Shown: positions 12,903 to 26,059 of the stretch, piece by piece
How the letters are laid out: every line of letters starts with the position of its first letter
Position numbering within the stretch: position 1 is the first letter of the stretch
Assembly (NCBI GenBank): GCA_964016885.1
Contig: OZ024746.1
Location: forward strand, 86,800,001 to 86,864,000
DNA length: 64,000 bases
Origin: Eledone cirrhosa
Taxonomy: Eukaryota
Reading direction: 5' to 3'
Position numbers and translations under genes: made by a program
Notes under the pieces: model-generated
Databases searched by the model: none
What the model saw: only the letters and a program-made list of their open reading frames with translations
What the model was told of the DNA's origin: nothing

Positions 12903-13409
12903 TATGTATACGTACATACATATATGTATACAGACGTACAGTAGTATGTATATATATATATATATACATCCATGCACACACATATATATGTACGTATGGA
13001 TTCACCGAACATTTATTATAATGATCGGTGTGTTTGTAAACAAACATCCCGAATTAAGCCGTACAGTGTCTAGCAACCATCGTTGCTCATTTGTTCAACA
13101 CTGACAAAGGAACGCTGTACTAGTTTCAAGCTTATTAGCTATCTTCAGCAACGTATACCTTCCTGCCAGATGGTTGAACGTCTGAAAGTATTTACTTTCC
13201 TTATGCATATTAACAGCTGAGCAGCCTAATTTGCATATCGAGTGAGTTAATCGGCCGGGGTACCGAAAACGATAAACAGAAAAAATGAAACGAAATTTCA
13301 TTTCTCACTCTTAGTACGGCTGTTACTTACATATAAATATGTATACGTACATACATATATGTATACAGACGTACAGTAGTATGTATATATATATACATAC
13401 ATGCACATA

Positions 13410-13626
13410 AATTAAGGGTGTCTGTCATAGACATACGCCATATCACCCGTAAAATATGCTCCAAGATTCTAATGGGTAGATCCGATCGTTTTATATGTTT
13501 CATATGTTTAATTATATGTCAATTAATTTCTAGTTGATATAAAATGCTCGGATCTACCCATTAGAATCTTGGAGCATATTTTATGGGTGATATGGCGCAT
13601 GTCTATCCGACATGACACCCTTAATT
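13410..13626. repeat. ~215-bp inverted repeat
   Basis: Arm aattaagggtgtc...atatgctccaagattctaatgggtagatccga versus arm tcggatctacccattagaatcttggagcatat...gacacccttaatt. The spacer recurs at 14065-14110. Confidence 0.85.
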
Positions 13627-14104
13627 TCATTTGATTTAATTTAATTTAATTCAATTTATCTTAATTGTGGATATATATAAATACGGCCCCTTAATTGTAG
13701 AGCTAAATCAGTTGAAAGGACTTGACTGCTGTTTCTAGTTGTCGTTAACCCTATTCACGCCACTGGGACGAAACTGATATGATGTGTGTAGTTTTAGTGA
13801 TACAGCACGTGTTACTGGCCAGTCACAGATTTGAACTTGACGCGTAAACACAGATCGCTTGACCTCTCCCTTGTTGAAAATCCAGGACCTGGCAACTGTC
13901 GTTTACCAATCGATTAATTGGTGAAATATATTTCTTTAATGGAAAATATACGAAGAAGATTAATCAAATTATAAGGTATCTATTTTTGAAGTTCTAGTTA
14001 AACTTTATTTAGTTACCTACCTAGCTATGTGTGCTTACACACTTTTACAAATTATCCCCTGTGATTGTTTCATATGTTTAATTATATGTCAATCAATTTC
14101 TAGT

Positions 14105-14156
<52 letters not shown>

Positions 14157-14471
14157 ATTTTACATTTATATCTGTATTTCTTTATTATTCTACATTCTTC
14201 TAATTTTCTAAGCCTTCGTAGCTTATAATCACAGACTTCCTATAGACAGGCTGTTACGCATGAATGGTATCTGTACAAGACCATCATAATTTACCATCTT
14301 GGCCAACTGGTGATAGTAAAGAGATCGAACCAGTGGCCGGGAATTGAAAAAAACATTCGTTATACTAAAAAATTCATTATAATGTAATTCGTATAACGGA
14401 AATGAAAGACCACGTGATCTTTGCGCCGCTGAAGCCCTTGAAATATCTACGCCAATGACCATATCTTAAAC

Positions 14472-14800
14472 AAATAATTGTTTTTACTTTACGCACAAGG
14501 CCAGCAAATACCCAGTGCATTACTGGTACTTTATTTTATCGACCCCGTAAGGATGAAAGGAAAATAAACCTCGGCGGGATTTGAACTCAGACCGTAAAGG
14601 GACGTAACTATGCTGGAAAACATGGCGCCCGACTCTCTACCGATACTGCCAATCCACCAACGCTCTTCTTAAACAAATAATTGTTTCTACTTTAGGCACA
14701 AGGCCAGCAATTACCCAGTGCATTACTGGTACTTTATTTTATCGACCCCGTAAGGATGAAAGGCAAAGTTAACCTCGGCGGGATTTGAACTCAGATCATA
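14472..14800 (-). mobile_element. Two tandem SINE family A copies (one full, one truncated)
   Basis: Consensus matches at 14472-14660 and 14677-14800, each adjacent to cttaaacaaataattg. Confidence 0.88.
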
Positions 14801-15822
14801 ATGGGCTGAAGCAATTTGGCTTGTTAACACAAATTTCATAAAACTTTCCTGTATTAGAGCCCCACATTATAACCTAACATATAGTACAATACGTGGATAA
14901 TTTACGTCTTGATGTGGTAGCTAAGTATATTTCATGTTTATACCCTTACTTATTTGTATACGTAAGTATATCTTACCCGTATGTTTTGTGAAGGTACGTA
15001 TACTTTCTCGTACGTATATATGCTTGTAATTGTTATAGGTGTATATATTATATTATATATACTGTTATATGTGTATATGGTTATGTGTATATGTGTATTT
15101 CGTGTTTGTGTGTATGCGTGTATGCGTGTTTGCACGTATGTAAGGTGTGTATATGTGTACTTTGTGTTTTGGTTGACGTACATTTGGTGTACATATGTGT
15201 ATTTACTTGTAAAATTGTGTGTGCGTGCACTATATACATACTTATGTGTGTGTATGTATATACGTTTATATATTTATATGTATACACACATATATATACG
15301 TATATATTTTTTAATGTGTATTTGGTGTATACGTTCGTATGTGTGCGGGTACATGTATCGTGCTTGCGGGTTTATGTTTGTGTGCGCGTGTTTATGCATG
15401 CATGGAGGGTGTTTTCGCATTTGCACGTGTATGTAAGTATATGGATAATATAACTATTATTGATTTTAATAACCTCTGTCATTTTCGTTCTACTATTTTT
15501 TATACATTATTCTTAACTCTGAAGCCGAGAATCATTCGGTTTCATAAACATAATATTAGTCTACGACTTCATTTACACCATAAACGTGGTTTTGTCTTTG
15601 CGTGTAATTGTTCTCCACGCTAAACATAACGACGTATTATCTTTGGTTTTTTCCGTTCATTGACAGGGAACGTTTCCACGAACCAAAGTATCGTCTTCCT
15701 GTTTTCCTTCGGCTGCAACGTTTTTCGAAATAATTACTTCTGCGTTCACAGATTGATTTTTTTAGTTTCAGAAGAACGCAGGGATTCTTTGCTTAAAGTT
15801 TAATCTGTTATTTTAATAAATA

Positions 15823-16219
15823 CTAGCAGAATGGCCCGGTATTGCTCGGGATTCTATACGTAGATTCGCATGTTTAACCCTCCTTTCTGAAACAGTACAG
15901 AGAAGTACGGAATTCCTCGTCCTCGGGATGGTGTCTACATTTTGTGCTTATAAACAAAATTCGTCGTAGATTACCAGAGTTTTTTTTCCGTGCGAAGAAA
16001 ATCAATACTTTATCGCAAAATAAATACTTTTGTTTATATGTTATTATTGTGTATGCAAAAATATCTGTACACGAATATATAATTATATATATATATATAT
16101 ATAGAAATAACAGATTAAAATTTAAGCAAAGAATCGCTGCTTTCACCCTTAACGGGATCTTCTGGAACTAAACAAATCAATCTGTGAACGCAGAAGTAAA
16201 TATTTCGAAAAACGTTACA

Positions 16220-16295
<76 letters not shown>

Positions 16296-16528
16296 TACAC
16301 ACACATACACACACACACACACACACACATATAGCGTCATAATGTCGTAATGCAGACAGCCAGACATATATTATAATGGCGCAACGTTATATCTATGTAT
16401 CTATCTAAAAAGAAAGACTAAGAATTATAGAGAGAGAGATCGCTAAATCGCCTAATGCGGCCCCTATTATAGGTTGGGTGGTTCTCGAGTTTCAGGTAGT
16501 CAGACAGACAGGCAGACATTCTCTGTTT

Positions 16529-16535
<7 letters not shown>
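15823..16535 (-). mobile_element. Non-autonomous Helitron-like element with internal insertions
   Basis: Minus-strand 3' end cccgagcaataccggg-ccattctg-CTAG-t. The 5' part (16340-16535) is homologous to 48490-48620 and carries (ctgt)n. Confidence 0.55.
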
Positions 16536-16589
<54 letters not shown>

Positions 16590-16759
16590 TGTGCGTAGTT
16601 ATTAGACAAGCTATAACTCCTAAGTGACTGAGAAGGCTTAACAACAATGATGTTGCACCAGGTTCGAACCCTAAAGAGACGAACTCCTACTGTCATCGCC
16701 TCCATCTCTCTCGCCCTCCCCATATCTCTGTATTATGAGTAAATGGGGTCCCATGTGCT

Positions 16760-17035
16760 GGCTTCTCCACGGTCCCGCTGGAGAGAATCGAGAAGGCGTT
16801 TCCCCGGAGTATGGTAAGGGAAGTGCGCTGGAAGAGCCATTCCACCTCGCACGGCTCACACCTACGTCTAGCCAGCTCAGCGCCTATGGTGGTAAGTAGG
16901 GACCTAGCCCTAGGGCCAAGGACACCAGAAGTCGCCACTGCTAGAGGCACGACTGCAAGACATCTGGTGTCCTTGGCCCTAGGTATAGCTCCCTATTTAC
17001 CACCATAGACACTGAGCTGGCTAGCCGTAAGTGAT
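16760..17035 (-). mobile_element. CRE-like 3' fragment with fold-back inverted duplication
   Basis: Minus strand encodes ATSGVLGPRARSLLTTIGAELARRRCEP..WLFQRTSLTILRGNAFSILS. 16960-17035 is an inverted copy of ~16858-16930. Confidence 0.75.
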
Positions 17036-17353
17036 AGTAAATGTTGCTGAATTCTAGGTCGACTACCCACAGGGATTTGACCAAATACAATTTACCATGA
17101 CAAAAGCGACGATAACACATTTGTTATACGAGTGTTTGTGGCAGCCTAATTTGACGAATTGGGTGTTTATCAATTCATCCACATTTGGACGTGCCTCTAC
17201 ATGTGAGGACATATATCTAAGGAGCTCCCGATTTCAGTGTAAGTATTGAACATTATTCGATCGTTCCTCGAGCTGATCGGCAGTAAAACATGTAATATGC
17301 AATTAAATATGTATATAATACAATACTGATTCCTTGTTCCCATTACACACACA

Positions 17354-17396
<43 letters not shown>

Positions 17397-17412
17397 ACAC
17401 AGACACACACAT

Positions 17413-17449
<37 letters not shown>

Positions 17450-18017
17450 CTAGCCGAATTACCCGCGCCTTGCTGCGTTTCACATATGTTTTTTTTGTAA
17501 GAAAATGCTGATAGATTTGAAATCAGTAATATAATTTATGGAGAAAAAGTAAAGGGAAAATGGAGAAAAAATTAATAGCATTAACAAATAATTTTTGTTG
17601 TCATAATTCTAGTGATGTTTTGCCATAGATGAATTGTCTAAATTAGCCAAATTTTACTATAAAAGAGTTTTTTTGTTGATTTACGTTTAATTAATAGAAA
17701 AACCCCGTGATAATAGAGGTTCCAATACTCAAGTTATGGGCTTCCAAGATTTTCACTATAGGAGATTTAACCCCATTAGGGTCTCTTAATAATATTGAAA
17801 TTTGCTGAAATTTTGTGAATAGGTATCACATCTTGTCATTTACCTATGGTTCAAATTTCATATAAATCGAAGGGAAAACATTTTCAGCGGGGGTTTGTGC
17901 CCCCCGGGGAGCCCTCAAAGTACTCTGGGCAATGTAGTTTCAAAATATATATGGTTACAGGAGGACTTCGTGAACAAACAAACAAACAGACAGGAACTAC
18001 AACTTTATATATATAGA
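17450..18017 (-). mobile_element. Non-autonomous Helitron
   Basis: Minus strand starts TC-tatatatataaagttg...(tgtt)n and ends cgcagcaaggcgcgggtaattcgg-CTAG-t. Confidence 0.65.
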
Positions 18018-18042
18018 TATACTGAGAAAGGGAGAGAGAGTG

Positions 18043-18092
<50 letters not shown>

Positions 18093-18390
18093 TGAGAGTT
18101 AGATAGATATAAATATATACAATATTCATTATGCTATAATTATTTTTGTTTATATTACATACATTACAGATATATTATTATATTTTCTATTTGAATATTC
18201 GCTTCATCTCTCCCTGGGAAAACTATTTTAAAGATAAACATTCAACTTCAATACTTTATTTAATTTTGATATATAAAAAAATAAATACCACACACAGAAA
18301 CAAATGAGTGTAACATAAAACAGAAGTAACAAAATATAACCAAACATATTTAAACTATTCTCTTCCGACGTGGCTGTATGTATGTATATG

Positions 18391-19308
18391 TTATCTCTTT
18401 CTCTTAATTTCGAGTATATTTTTGACCGGCCACCTTCCTGGTGGCGAGGTGTAAAAGAAAAGAAATTGTCATCCCTTGAATCGCAAGAATGTTTTGCAAA
18501 TTTTGAAGGTGCCAGCTATCGCAGTCATTTGTAGACTATGAATTAGGGAGCTGCGCTCTTTGTCCGCAAATCCAAGTTCAGTCATACTTTGGTCCAAGCG
18601 GTTTGGTATATAACCCGTAGCTCCAATAATGATGGGTATGTAGCTAAAGGTGTATCTTGGATACTAGATTTGTAAAATCCTCATCAATGGTCAGTAGATG
18701 TCATCCTTCTCCTGTATTTTTCTGACAACGTTTACATCAAGTAGGCAGCTGATCTCCACAACAGAACACGTTTTCAATGTGTGGTCACAAACAACAATAT
18801 CAGGCCGGTTGTGCTTTAATTTGGTGGCAGTTTTTATTTTCAGGTTCCACCAGTATTCTTTTGTGCCATCTGTCTCAATATATTCTTCCTCGTTTGTTTT
18901 TAATTTTGTTTTCCGAAGTGCGTTCCAGATGGTTCTAGCTATCCCATCGTGCCTCATGGGTAGGTAGTAGCGAGATGACATTCTTTCCCAGCTGGCAACA
19001 ATGTGGCTTACATCTTTGATCTTTGTTTTACATAGCCTACATTTATTGTCCGCTGATGGCCCTCCCCTTTTGTGCAGCAGATATTTGGTAGGGAGTTCTT
19101 GTTCTTGTATTGAATAGAGATATCCCTCAAGGTGTGATGTCATAAACTTGTCGGAACTCCATGCCAGGCTTTTTGAGTGGTTTATCCCCTCTATGGTCTG
19201 CGTTTTACGTCTCAAGTATCCATGCACAACTTTTTCTGTAAATTGGTCAATTTTTTCTTCTTGTTTGAACATTGAATAGGATCTTCCGATTTCTCTGGGG
19301 GAGAGATT

Positions 19309-19309
<1 letters not shown>
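18391..19309 (-). mobile_element. R4-clade-like non-LTR retrotransposon, 5'-truncated, inserted in (TACA)n
   Basis: Reads EGYLYSIQEQEL, CRLC..HIVAS (CCHC remnant), RHD, HNRPDIVV..VVEISC..K...Y (PD-(D/E)xK RLE) and IPIIIGATG. Internal stops at ~18691 and ~18664, final stop at 18469-18471. Flanked by (tatg)n at 18375-18390 and 19310-19397. Confidence 0.85.
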
Positions 19310-19340
<31 letters not shown>

Positions 19341-19397
19341 TGTATGTATGTATGTATGTATGTATGTATGTATGTATGTATGTATGTATGTATGTAT

Positions 19398-19475
19398 GTT
19401 CTCTCTTTCTCTTAATTTCGAGTATATTTTTGACCGGCCACCTTCCTGGTGGCAGGTTGTAAAAGGAAAGAAATT
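19398..19475 (-). mobile_element. Second copy of the same R4-like family, 3'UTR only
   Basis: Near-identical to 18391-18468 (ctctttctcttaatttcgagtatatttttgaccggccaccttcctggtggc...aagaaattgt), again between (tatg)n units. Confidence 0.85.
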
Positions 19476-19486
19476 GTATGTATGTC

Positions 19487-19923
19487 GCATGGTCGGCGAC
19501 TAAACCGGCAACCCCACCAAGTTTACTTGGTGAGGAGGGTGATTTTGGACACCCTTCAGGACAAAAAACAAAACCTGACAAAGGGTGGAAGAACTCATGA
19601 GAGTTAACGGCCATCCGAAAGTGTGTAAATATGTATATAGACATGTACCACGCGATTAAACCACTGGGAGTGAAGGATCCCTAGCCTTTGTCAGGAAACT
19701 GATATAAAACCTGCGGCTCAGTAGTTACCGATGATGTTGATCTTTTCTTCTTTTCAGGTTATAGCTACTGTCGCTCAGAGAGTGGGACTGGCTCGGTACA
19801 CAGTCTTTCCTCACTTTAAAAAATATCTTCACGCACAGGCATTGCACGATAGAATTAATTAATAATTATTAATAATGGTATATCGTGCAATGGCCATACT
19901 CGGTAACGAGGGGGCAGCCATCA
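19487..19923 (+). mobile_element. Non-coding structured insertion, resembling an RTE 5'UTR-derived non-autonomous element
   Basis: Flanked by the 12-bp direct repeat tgtatgtatgtc (19475-19486 and 19924-19935). Hairpins caccaagt/acttggtg, caccctt/aagggtg and cattgcacgata/tatcgtgcaatg. No ORF. Confidence 0.5.
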
Positions 19924-20442
19924 TGTATGTATGTCAGGTCGCTTTCGAGTGCTACTGGTAACATGTAACCCAGTACAGCCTGTCTCATATAATCCAATGT
20001 CGTATCTATTCTGTCATTAGGATAATCAATTAGAAATTGCTTTGTATTTTAACATTATCTTTAAAAACCATGGCATTTATCTAAGCTCAAGAAATTATAT
20101 CGATGGCATGTAATGAAATATTAATTTTTTTAATGTTCTGGTCTTGATAATTGAACGAGGATATTTTAAGTGATACACGCATTTAAAATTTTAATTACAT
20201 AATCATTGTGCAACACATTTAAGTGACACAATTATAATTATATATTTCTCTATTAGTCAAAAAGTTGTAGGGTGTAAATTAAAGAATATTTCGTTAATCT
20301 AAACCCTTCGATGTTCTTATTATTCTCAATATTACTTTCACCACATATGGAGTTTTACAATTTCAGCTATCTATATATTTTTGTAATACTCTTTATACAT
20401 AACTAGCAGAAAAACCACCCTCTGGTGGTTTTCTGCTAGAAA

Positions 20443-21300
20443 GTGTAGTGTGTATATTGATATTATACGCAAGTATATATGCATGTAGATATGATACATC
20501 AAATAAAATCGTAATTGACAATATACACAGAAATTGAACGAAGTCTGTGTTACACTCTCTTATGTATTCAGTAACGTACTCCATGATACATTAAAAAAGA
20601 CAATATTATATATATGTTAGCATGTGTAGTGTGTATATTGTTATTATACGCAAGTATAATTTAGTGTGCTGCTAGACCCGGAGTTATTCACCCGAGTAAT
20701 TACCACCGGAATCTAACTACTAAGTTTTTTAAGGAAAGATAAGAGATTTCACTTAACACCATGTCGAATGAGAGTTAATTTCTCAACACCAAGGTAATGA
20801 TAAAAACGCAGGCAGTATCTCAAAACGTGTATCAAATTTAAATCCTCATTTATTGGTGCTTCATGTTACAGTTGTGGTTAGTAAATATTCTTCTACATAT
20901 AAAGTATTTCAGGTTCATAATGTATGGTTAGAGAGAAGATAACATGCTCGTGTCCTGTGTTGTCAATCCGAAAGGAAAGCGCCAAAAGAGAGTATACCTT
21001 TGGCGTAACCACGCGTGGCACAAGCAGGCAGCCAAAAAGTGAAAAGAGAGAGCGTTTGATTGCGTTGCCTCTATTTATATACTTTTTTCCGGAAGTTACA
21101 AAGAAGGTTCTAGAATTTCGACGGGAAGTAACTCTAGCTACTTCCCTTGTCTAAAGATATCTACAATATGCATGTAGATATGATCAAATAAAATCGTAAT
21201 TGACAATATACACAGAAATTGTACGAAGACTGCTTTACACTGTCTTATGTAATCAGTAATGTAATCCATGATACATTAAAAATAGACAATATTATATATA
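20443..21300. repeat. Tandem ~180-bp duplication whose second copy is interrupted by a probable solo LTR (~20659-21165, minus strand)
   Basis: 20443-20480 repeats at 20625-20658, and 20481-20613 repeats at 21169-21300. On the minus strand the insert begins TGTAG and contains tatataaatag and a downstream aataaa. Confidence 0.6.
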
Positions 21301-24239
21301 AACTGAATTAGGAGAAAATTAGTGACATAAATATATATGTATGTTTATTTAAACGATCGCTAACCGGAAGTGTTGACATTTGAAAATTTTAAAGAAGTGA
21401 ATCTTTAAATAAGTAATAAAATATATTTAATGAACAGCCACGAAATTTAGTAGATAAATTATATAATATTCATTCATTATTTATTCAAATAATCCAACTT
21501 ATTTTACTAAGGGGATAAAAAAAAAAAATAAACCGTACTCAGTCCTGCGCTTCGTACTTTATTATTGTTTAGATTATGACTTTGATATTGGGAAGGAATT
21601 GATTTTGTGTAGCGAATAAGAATTCATGTTTACCCACCCAGCACGATATTTCTGAGACAATAATTAGTTCTTTTGTATTCTACCTCCCTTTAGCATACGT
21701 GTTAAATATATTCAACTTAATATTGATCTGTTTTGAAATTACGGCTTTTAAATTCTCTTAGCTGCATTTTCCCTCGTTTTTCTTGGCATCTTTATCTGTA
21801 GTATTTTGATGGCTTTTCTGAAATTGAATAGCTTATTTCTAACTGTTTATATCACATTGCCATTATTGTCTATTCATTATTATAGTAATCCTACAAATAG
21901 CTATTTTATTATAATCTAAAAATTGTATTATGTTTTAAATCAATGTTTTTCAAATGTCAGAATGCGTATCGTGCAATTTAAAAGCTGTTATATATGTTAC
22001 CCAATTTCTATTTCTTCGTGCCAGTAAATTTAAATCACTGTTGAATACAATATATGTATAATGTATATATATACCTGTAACAGGTTTTGTATTCATGCGT
22101 ATCATTTTATTCTTGATATTTAATGGTGCTTAAATCACTTCTATTGTATTCAATCCAAAAAGTTTCCTTTATTTTGGAGTCTCGACTCTGTTCAATCCAC
22201 TGATTCATAAGTAATTGTATGTCTTCCTTTATTACAATTCTTGAGCTTGCCATTCTTCGTAACTAGTTAAATATTAATATTCTATGAGACTACGTTTATC
22301 GGGTTATTTAAGCCACTTTTAGACCATTCATTGTCATAGTAGAAATTTCTATTATCATATCAGCGTCCTGTCTACAGCAAGTTGTCTAGTCATTGTTAAT
22401 CTCCAGCAGACAGAATCAGAACATCTTCATATAAATGATAATTGTTTCTAACATAACAGTGTCTACATTAGCATTATCACAACACAGATATGTAAATGTG
22501 GTTTTGTCACAGTGCATTCACTTCCCCGAACGAATCTCTATTTTATCAAACATTTACTTCATTCTTGGAGAATCGGTCTGGGAATTATTATATTGCATTG
22601 TTTAATGCCGGATCAACTGCTTATTGTGATATAATACGCCATCGCGTACCAATACATTAGTTAAATACCATTCTTTCATCTGATACGCAATCATATCGAT
22701 GTTTCAGTCGACTATTTTAATATTCTAAAATGATCGACGCATGTCCTGATCGGTAGAGCATCAAGTAAAACAGTTTGTATTATTTGCTTACATCTATTTC
22801 AAATCCATCAAGCTATTCATAACATAATTCTAAGGTTGTTAAATGAAGTAATTGGCACGATTTTATCGATTATACCGTAAAAAGCAGTGTCGTATCATGG
22901 CGTAGAATACCTTAAATTCAGTTTACAACATATCACATCAAGATATAATATGTAGTGTTCTACCCAGAAACACATTTATAACACACAGCTTTTCTCAGCA
23001 AAGAAATAATGTACTATAATTAAAAGTAGCAGGTAATCATAGACTATATGACTGACACATTCCAGTATATTAAGATTGTAGTAGAAGAAATGCAGTTCTT
23101 GATATACTCTATAAAGGCAGGTTGACTTTCAAAATATAGAAAAACGTCAAAGTCAGGAAACATTTGTTGATACTTTACAATCATGCGTGAGATCCGTAGT
23201 AGAATAATAGTCACACATCTGGGACAAATCTGCAGTAACACAACATATTCTAAAATACATCAACAAGAATCCAGTTGACTGATTAGCAAAGACTCAAATA
23301 CCAACTTACATCGACCCCCTAGTCCTCAGACACTGTGTCTCCCTATCATTTCTCTTCCAGTGATACCACAACGGCCTCATATTCATCCAAGCCAACATGG
23401 CACATCTGACTCACCCCGGCATGTCATGCACTCTCTATCTTACTATCATGACGCAGCACTAACCATTATGTTCAAGTCACTCTTAGATGCTAAACACTGA
23501 ATATTCCCACAGTCGTTGTATCACAGCCGTTTAAACTAGATATCAACCGCATCAGGAAGATCAGACTTTAGGTCGTGCAAACGACATGGTCTCTATTGCA
23601 TGCTTTTTACTAACTTAATACAATAACAAAAAACAACTATTTTTTCTGAATACAAAGAAATACCCCAGTGAGTACACTTCAATTCCTGCTGGATTTTTAC
23701 AAGTACTTAACTGTGGTCCCTCTCACGGAGTGAATACTTCAAAACAACATGCTCCACTTGCTTTTTCTTAAATACATTACATCCATACTTGATGATCATT
23801 CCCCATGACGTATTGCCATCAGCCTATGTCTCCCAGCTCTCCGTATCAATCTTCAGAACTTTAAGTATTTTATGACATCCCTAAACCGCTTCATTGGTTT
23901 ATGTTGTGACATTTTTCATCTACTCAGCTTCCCATAAAATAACCGTTAAATCAACCTACCGACTTCCATCCATGACCAGCCCGACGGATCTGGTTTATAA
24001 TAATCGTCTTCTTGATACTAGAGCGGCCAGCTTGCTCAAGTACAGCAGCATCATGTGTGTAAGAGGACCACATGATGTTCAGGATGCGTTGGATACAATG
24101 TTGATGAAATCATTACAGCTGCCTGATGTTATGCTTGTAAGTTGTCTACATTTTGCATCCGCAGAGCAGAGCTGTAAAAACACAGGCCTTATAGATAGAG
24201 CTTTGTGTTTTTCCTGATACCCCGACCTGACCAGTTTTG

Positions 24240-24900
24240 GTTCTCAAGCTTCCCGAAGGCACGACACGCTCACGCAACCCGGTGAATTATTTCAGAATCG
24301 AGGGCACCATCTCTACAATGTGTAATTCCAAGACAACCAAAGCTGTCCACCACTTCAAGTATTTTTCCTGTCACGAAAAGGTCTGGCTCAACGTAGTCAT
24401 TCCCAACTATTGAAGTGTACATGGTCTATATCTTGTTTATGTTAATATTTAGAATAAACGTATCATTAGCATACTGAAAATCCCTTATAAGAGCGTCACA
24501 TGTTTTGGACTTGATGTTAAAATGTCTTAGATTAAATACATTGCCAGAGGTACTAAAGCGAAAGTATCCACCGATTCCGACGTTTTGGAAAGCAAATGTC
24601 AGCAGCACTGTGAAGTAGGTGGAAGACAGTGTGAGTGGAAATATGTCACCCTGCTTGACACAGATTTCCACTGATGGAGTTCTTTGAATATTCCACCAAA
24701 TTCAGGAAGGCCTTGAGTTTCCCCAATATGATCCACAATTTACTATGATTAACAGTATCGAAGGCTTTAGTACGGTTCACAAATACTTGCTGCTCAACAC
24801 ATTTCTTCATAAGCTGACGGGCTGAGAAAATCACGTTCATAATACCACGCCCAGCTTTGAATCCACACTAAGTCTCAGGGATGGCATTAGGGCAGATTCA
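24240..24900 (-). pseudogene. Degenerate RTE (BovB-like) RT fragment
   Basis: Reads IFSARQLMKKCVEQQ, KAFDTVNH..LW.ILGKL, VKQGDI.P.TL, SGNVFNLR and LIRDFQYAND (decayed YADD). Confidence 0.8.
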
Positions 24901-24919
24901 TTTTAATATACATACATAG

Positions 24920-25110
24920 ATGTTGTCCAAGGGAAAGGCAATGACCGATATAGCCTGGCCCCAGTGACGTCCCAACTCATTTCTACAGATGAGTAAACTG
25001 GAAATACGTGAAATACGTAAAATAAAGTGTCATGCTTAAGGACATAACGCATCACCCGGTACGAGAATCGAACTCACAACCTCTCAATTGCGATCCCAAC
25101 GCTTTAGCCA
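24920..25110 (-). mobile_element. SINE family B (CORE-like)
   Basis: Minus strand head ggcgcatggcttaatggctaaagcg, B-box-like gagttcgattc, core gtccttaagcatgacactttatttt. Similar to 53275-53590. Confidence 0.75.
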
Positions 25111-25353
25111 TTAAGCCATGCGCCTTCACTATATCCATCCATACATACATGTATACATGCATGCATGCATACATACACACATACATATATATCATGGCAA
25201 ACATAGCAATAATTTCTTTCAAAACGGTACTGAGAGAAAGTAGTGTTATTACTTAGCTTAATGTTATTACTAAGCTCTATTTTTATATATTTGGTATCTG
25301 GCTGCATAATTTGTAATTTATTTCCTTATGTATGGTGTATAGTTACTTTGTAG

Positions 25354-25385
<32 letters not shown>

Positions 25386-25420
25386 GTATAAATATATATA
25401 CACATACACACACGCACACC

Positions 25421-25513
<93 letters not shown>

Positions 25514-26059
25514 TCCTATCTACTAGTATGTGTGTATTACATTCTAGAGATATATTTTATATTTGCATTCTATATTTAATCCTTCCAAATACTAATTTAA
25601 AATAGTGAAGCTCTATGAGATAGACAGTTTGTTAGCTTCCATCTTATTTTCTATATCCTGTAACTATGCAAGATAATCCCAATATTGGTTTATATTTAGT
25701 TATTCTCCTACAATTGGAAAGATTCCGTCTTTGAACATTATATTTGAACATTTTATTGGCATCTTGTTTCGCTACTTTTATGCTTTGAGTTAAATATTCA
25801 GGAACTTGATAGTCGTACAGTATATAGAATATTTGTGTTCAGTACAAACCAAGATAGTTCGCAGCCAAATTCCCCTTAAATTATATTTATTCGTCTTAGA
25901 AAAAGAATGTAAACTAGTTTTAAGGGAAATATGTCTGGAAAAATGGGTTGTTGCAGGTTGTGAATAAACAGCCATGTGGAAAAGAATAAAAACAAGAACA
26001 AAAACAGTTATTATCTATAATGCAGTAGCAGTAGAGTGTCAGACCCACTTTGTGGCATA

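Noticed and set aside
18691-19644. 317-aa ORF taken as a single protein
   Set aside because: It is an accidental fusion across the structured insertion, a 3'UTR, (CATA)n and the truncated R4-like ORF.
21300-24200. Possible host exons in repeat-poor stretches (also 5550-7300 and 57900-59100)
   Set aside because: There is no recognisable protein motif. Short exons cannot be excluded without RNA-seq or a homology search.
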